Below are positions 20,200-24,000 of a DNA stretch of 24,000 bases, in pieces. Numbering within the stretch: position 1 is the first letter of the stretch; each line of letters opens with the position of its first letter. The DNA lies in the NCBI RefSeq assembly GCF_001999305.1, contig NZ_MLHQ01000015.1, positions 1 through 24,000 of the forward strand, written 5' to 3'. The position numbers and the translations under genes were made by a program. The notes beneath the pieces were generated by a model. That model was not told the DNA's origin. It ran no database searches and was given only the letters and a program-made list of their open reading frames with translations. The DNA comes from Rodentibacter myodis. Its GTDB lineage: Bacteria; Pseudomonadota; Gammaproteobacteria; Enterobacterales; Pasteurellaceae.

Positions 20200-20233
20200 A
20201 AAATAGGCTATCTTTTCCGATAGCCTATTTTTT
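20200..20233 (+). terminator. Hairpin plus T-run ending exactly at the ATG of the next gene (terminator or regulatory stem)
   Basis: aaaataggctatc (20200-20212) / gatagcctatttt (20219-20231) with loop ttttcc, and the T-run continues to 20233. An upstream direct copy ggctattttcc (20186-20196) allows an alternative stem ctatttt / aaaatag. Confidence 0.55.
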
Positions 20234-20659
20234 ATGAAGCCTTATCTTAAAACACTCATTTTATTTCCCTTGATGTTACAGGTGTTGGCAACAGCATTAT
20301 TTGGTTTTTTAGATGCGGATCTTAGCCCGATGCCTTTCAGTCGTTATGTTGTTACCGCATTTTTCCTCGCCACCATTCCCGCTTTTCTTATCGCCCTTAT
20401 TGCCACAAGGTTTGGCTATGTTCGCCATAATATTGCCGCTATTGTGTTATGTTCATCTTTAGTTGCTTTTTGTTATTGCAACATTGCGGCGTATTTCTAT
20501 TTGTTGGTGATGAGCGAAGAAACGCCCTCATTTTGGCAATGGATCACCGAAGGAGGATTATCCCTTGGGCTACTAAGTGTGTGCGGAATGGTGTTTTATT
20601 CGTTGTTTGTCATACCGTGGTTGTTGCCAAAAGAAAAATCCTCATCGCCCGATTGTTAA
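20234..20659 (+). CDS. Small integral membrane protein of unknown function (4 predicted TM helices)
   Basis: A 141-aa ORF with four hydrophobic segments. Its stop lies 10 nt before the cysQ ATG, and the cysQ Shine-Dalgarno overlaps its 3' end. No recognisable Shine-Dalgarno precedes its own start. As I recall, an equivalent small ORF (HI_0560) sits here in H. influenzae. Confidence 0.55.
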   Translation: MKPYLKTLILFPLMLQVLATALFGFLDADLSPMPFSRYVVTAFFLATIPAFLIALIATRFGYVRHNIAAIVLCSSLVAFCYCNIAAYFYLLVMSEETPSFWQWITEGGLSLGLLSVCGMVFYSLFVIPWLLPKEKSSSPDC

Positions 20660-20669
20660 GGAGAACATT

Positions 20670-21479
20670 ATGCTGATACTTAATGAACACTTACTGAACC
20701 AAATCCTGCTTATTGCTTACCAAGCCGGTAATCATTTGCAACGTTTTTATCACCAACAGATTAACGTGAAAATAAAAGAAGATAACACACCGGTGACGGA
20801 AGCAGATTTGTTCGTCAGTCAATTTTTAACGGAAAAATTGACCGCACTTTTTCCCCATATTCCCGTGCTTTCAGAAGAAAATTGCCATATTCCTTTTGAA
20901 GAACGTCAAACGTGGAAAGAATATTGGTTGATTGACCCCCTTGACGGCACGCAACAATTTATTAATCGCACGGATCAATTTTCCGTTTTAATCACCCTTG
21001 TGCGTAAAAATAAGCCGGTAATGAGCATTATTCACGCGCCGGTTTTATCCCTTACTTATTATGCGATGGAAGACTTTGGTGCGTACAAAAAACAAGGTGA
21101 GCACGTGAAAAAACTCACAAAAAATACCGTCAAATTTGACCGCACTTTGCGGATCGCCGTGGGGGCAACCACTTCGCAAGAAAAAGTGCGGTCAATTTTG
21201 CCCAAGAATATCGATTGTGAATTTGTGGTATTAGGTTCAAGCAGCCTAAAAAGCGGTCTCGTGGCAGAAAGTGCCGTAGATTGTTATATTCGACTTGGAA
21301 GAACGGGCGAATGGGATACTGCAGGGGCAGAAGTTTTATTAGGCGAAATGAACGGGCAAATTTTCGATCAACATTTTAAACCGCTGACTTATAACCAGCG
21401 TGAAACCTTAATTAATCCCTATTTTGTGATGGTGGCGGATAAATCGGCGGATTGGCAATCTATCTTTCAATTTAATTGA
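20670..21479 (+). CDS. cysQ: 3'(2'),5'-bisphosphate nucleotidase CysQ (inositol monophosphatase family)
   Basis: Motifs VTEADL, VLSEE, WLIDPLDGT and EWDTAGAE are present. ATG at 20670 is preceded by AAGGAG (20658-20663). The track start at 20577 overlaps the upstream gene. Confidence 0.9.
   Translation: MLILNEHLLNQILLIAYQAGNHLQRFYHQQINVKIKEDNTPVTEADLFVSQFLTEKLTALFPHIPVLSEENCHIPFEERQTWKEYWLIDPLDGTQQFINRTDQFSVLITLVRKNKPVMSIIHAPVLSLTYYAMEDFGAYKKQGEHVKKLTKNTVKFDRTLRIAVGATTSQEKVRSILPKNIDCEFVVLGSSSLKSGLVAESAVDCYIRLGRTGEWDTAGAEVLLGEMNGQIFDQHFKPLTYNQRETLINPYFVMVADKSADWQSIFQFN
20841..20849 (-). repeat. USS core
   Basis: Perfect ACCGCACTT, the first USS after the island. Confidence 0.9.
21139..21147 (-). 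repeat. USS core
   Basis: Perfect ACCGCACTT, inside cysQ. Confidence 0.9.
21184..21192 (+). repeat. USS core
   Basis: Perfect AAGTGCGGT followed by caatttt, inside cysQ. Confidence 0.9.
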
Positions 21480-21550
21480 TTGGTTCAATGAGTAATTTTC
21501 GTTAGAATAGCCCATCATTTCCGACACTCGGTATTTTACAAGGAATTATT

Positions 21551-23035
21551 ATGCAAACAGACAATAATTGTATCGTCATCTTTGGCGCATCCGGTGATTT
21601 AACTCACCGTAAACTCATTCCCGCTCTTTATAATCTATATAAAATCGGGCGACTAAGCGAAAACTTTTCAGTGCTTGGGGTTGCACGCTCCGATTTAACT
21701 GATGCAACCTTCCGTGAAAAAATGCGTGATGCATTGGTTAATAATGAAGAAACTACGCCTGAAACCCTAGACGCATTTTGTCATCACCTTTACTATCAAG
21801 CCATTAATACGGCAGATGCCGCCGACTATGGCAAACTGGTACCACGTTTGGATGAACTGCACGATAAATATCAAACTTGTGGCAATACCCTCTACTATAT
21901 GTCCACTCCGCCAAGTCTTTATGGCGTGATTCCCGAATGTTTGGCTGCACACGGCTTGAATACCGAAGAATACGGTTGGAAACGCATTATTGTGGAAAAA
22001 CCGTTTGGCTATGATGAAAAAACCGCCCAAGCCCTAGATGTGCAAATTCACCGTTTCTTTGAAGAACACCAAATTTATCGTATCGATCACTATCTTGGTA
22101 AAGAAACCGTTCAAAACTTACTTGTCTTGCGTTTTTCCAATGGTTGGTTTGAACCCCTTTGGAATCGCAATTTTATCGATTATGTGGAAATTACCGGTGC
22201 TGAATCCATCGGCGTGGAAGAACGGGGCGGCTATTATGACGGCTCCGGTGCAATGCGTGATATGTTCCAAAACCATTTATTACAAGTGCTTGCTATGGTG
22301 GCGATGGAACCGCCGGCAATCATCAATGCCAATTCAATGCGTGATGAAGTGGCAAAAGTAATGCATAGTTTGCGTCCATTAACACAGGAAGACGTGGAAC
22401 ATAACCTCGTGTTGGGTCAATACACTGCGGCAGAAATTAACGGTAAAAAAGTAAAAGGTTACTTGGAAGAAAAAGGCGTGCCGGCAGATTCTCACACGGA
22501 AACCTATATGGCATTGCGTTGTGAAATTGAAAACTGGCGTTGGGCAGGCGTACCTTTCTATGTGCGTACCGGAAAACGTTTACCGGCACGCGTGACGGAA
22601 ATTGTCATTCACTTTAAAACCACGCCACATCCGGTATTTAGCCAAGACGCACCGGAAAATAAACTCATTATTCGTATTCAACCGGACGAAGCCATTTCAA
22701 TGCGTTTTGGCTTGAAAAAACCGGGGGCAGGTTTTGAAGCAAAAGAAGTCTCAATGGATTTCCGCTATGCGGATCTTGCCGGTGCGCAAGTGCTAACGGC
22801 TTACGAACGCTTATTGCTGGACGCAATGAAAGGGGATGCCACCTTGTTCGCGCGTACCGATGCCGTTCACGCCGCTTGGCGTTTTGTACAACCGATTTTA
22901 GACTACAAAGCTAACGGCGGTCGAGTCCACGAATACGAAGCCGGCACTTGGGGGCCAACTGCTGCCGATAAACTGATTGCCAAAAGTGGTCGTGTGTGGC
23001 GTAAACCAAGTGGGTTAATGAAGAAAAAAGTATAA
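21551..23035 (+). CDS. zwf: Glucose-6-phosphate 1-dehydrogenase
   Basis: The NADP-binding motif [17 protein letters not shown] and the active-site motif RIDHYLGKE are present. The protein is 494 aa and has an AAGGA Shine-Dalgarno. Confidence 0.97.
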   Translation: MQTDNNCIVIFGASGDLTHRKLIPALYNLYKIGRLSENFSVLGVARSDLTDATFREKMRDALVNNEETTPETLDAFCHHLYYQAINTADAADYGKLVPRLDELHDKYQTCGNTLYYMSTPPSLYGVIPECLAAHGLNTEEYGWKRIIVEKPFGYDEKTAQALDVQIHRFFEEHQIYRIDHYLGKETVQNLLVLRFSNGWFEPLWNRNFIDYVEITGAESIGVEERGGYYDGSGAMRDMFQNHLLQVLAMVAMEPPAIINANSMRDEVAKVMHSLRPLTQEDVEHNLVLGQYTAAEINGKKVKGYLEEKGVPADSHTETYMALRCEIENWRWAGVPFYVRTGKRLPARVTEIVIHFKTTPHPVFSQDAPENKLIIRIQPDEAISMRFGLKKPGAGFEAKEVSMDFRYADLAGAQVLTAYERLLLDAMKGDATLFARTDAVHAAWRFVQPILDYKANGGRVHEYEAGTWGPTAADKLIAKSGRVWRKPSGLMKKKV

Positions 23036-23050
23036 CGATAGGGAGTAACA

Positions 23051-23908
23051 ATGACAGCTTGTCCGTTTTATCTTCTTAATGTATTTGCTGAAACGCATTT
23101 TGGGGGGAATCCCTTGGCGGTATTCCCTTATGCGAATGACTTAACGGATCGGCAAATGCAGCTTATCGCACGGCAATTTAATTTGTCGGAAACTGTCTTT
23201 ATACAAGATTCAACGATTCAAAGTGCAGTAAAAAAACTGAGAATTTTTACACCAACAGTGGAACTTCCCTTTGCAGGACATCCCACCCTAGGAGCAAGTT
23301 TTGTTATTCGCCATTTATTTTGTCAACAAGACCATTATCAGCTGGAAACCTTGGCGAACTTGGTGGAGATTCAACACCGGAAGAGTAAGATTAGCTTAAT
23401 TTTAACCTGTGATGTAAAAAGCCATGAAGTAAATTTGAGCAAAGCAGATATCGCATCGGTGTTAGGGTTACAAGAGCAGGATATTGCTGGTATACCAGTG
23501 TGGGTCAATACGGGAACTTGTCATTTATTGGTACAGGTAAGCAACCGAAGGGCAGTTAAAAATTGTCAAGTTTCCACCGCACTTTTTAATCAAAAGCTTA
23601 CTACGGATTTTGCTTTAAAAGAGTGCTATATTTGGTTTGAACAACAAGGACAAGTGAATGCACGAATGTTTTTTGAACAATATGGAGCGGTTTTGGAAGA
23701 TCCTGGTACAGGCTCGGCAGCAGCAAATTTAGGCGGTTGGTATATTTTACAGCAAAAAGTCCCTATTCAACTGGCTATTAGCCAAGGCGATGAACTTGGC
23801 CGTCCTAATCGTTTATCTTTGCAGGTGGATGAACAACAGCGTATTTGGGTTGGTGGTAACGTCATTGAAGTGGCAAAAGGTGAATTTATTCTCCCTCCCA
23901 CCCCTTAA
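23051..23908 (+). CDS. PhzF-family isomerase-like protein (YddE-like)
   Basis: N-terminal FYLLNVFAETHFGGNPLAVF..., QMQLIARQFNLSETVFI, FAGHPTLGA and C-terminal EDPGTGSAAANLGGW are typical PhzF-family blocks. The protein is 285 aa. Confidence 0.85.
   Translation: MTACPFYLLNVFAETHFGGNPLAVFPYANDLTDRQMQLIARQFNLSETVFIQDSTIQSAVKKLRIFTPTVELPFAGHPTLGASFVIRHLFCQQDHYQLETLANLVEIQHRKSKISLILTCDVKSHEVNLSKADIASVLGLQEQDIAGIPVWVNTGTCHLLVQVSNRRAVKNCQVSTALFNQKLTTDFALKECYIWFEQQGQVNARMFFEQYGAVLEDPGTGSAAANLGGWYILQQKVPIQLAISQGDELGRPNRLSLQVDEQQRIWVGGNVIEVAKGEFILPPTP
23576..23584 (-). repeat. USS core
   Basis: Perfect ACCGCACTT, inside the PhzF-family gene. Confidence 0.9.
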
Positions 23909-23922
23909 TTAAGAGAAAAAAT

Positions 23923-24000
23923 ATGAATTACTTAATCTTTCCAACGGCACAAAACTCTGTAGAAAAAATAGCACAAGAATTTCAACTTTATAGCCAATTA
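23923..24000 (+). CDS. pgl: 6-phosphogluconolactonase, N-terminal 26 codons (3' end lies outside the window)
   Basis: MNYLIFPTAQNSVEKIAQEFQLYSQL resembles, as I recall it, the N-terminus of Pasteurellaceae Pgl/DevB (MNYISFPTAQ..VEKIAQEF). The position downstream of zwf fits. Confidence 0.7.
   Translation, partial: MNYLIFPTAQNSVEKIAQEFQLYSQL

Noticed and set aside
20577-20669. An upstream extension of the cysQ ORF (MCAEWCFIRC...).
   Set aside because: It overlaps the membrane-protein gene in another frame and is Cys/Arg-rich nonsense. ATG at 20670 has an AAGGAG Shine-Dalgarno.

Overview
This is a chromosomal segment from a Pasteurellaceae bacterium (Haemophilus/Aggregatibacter-like). It carries 18 perfect copies of the Hin-type uptake signal sequence core AAGTGCGGT, three times as inverted pairs that form terminators. 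Most of the window is housekeeping: the tuf 3' end, a Cof-type HAD phosphatase, crcB, recX and recA (with an SOS box and an E. coli-like promoter), recQ, cyaY, a small lptM/yifL-like lipoprotein missing from the ORF track, lysA, hslR, nudE, an OPT-family transporter, a small membrane protein, cysQ, zwf, a PhzF-family gene and the pgl 5' end. Two blocks look accessory. (1) A lac cluster lies between recA and recQ: a divergent LacI-family regulator, then lacY and lacZ, with a perfect CRP core site and CG-centred operator palindromes in the intergenic region. (2) A roughly 4.3 kb insertion (about 16020-20230) lies between the OPT transporter and the membrane-protein/cysQ/zwf block. It begins with an IS3-family transposase remnant. 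It encodes a 558-aa lipoprotein with a TbpB-like C-terminal barrel and an Ala/Glu/Lys repeat stalk, followed by a 490-aa Slam/DUF560 outer-membrane protein. This cargo-plus-secretor pair (surface lipoprotein assembly modulator, type XI-like secretion) has no adjacent TonB-dependent receptor and no assignable ligand. It is the most interesting system in the window. All calls come from reading the sequence and remembered family motifs. No database search was run.
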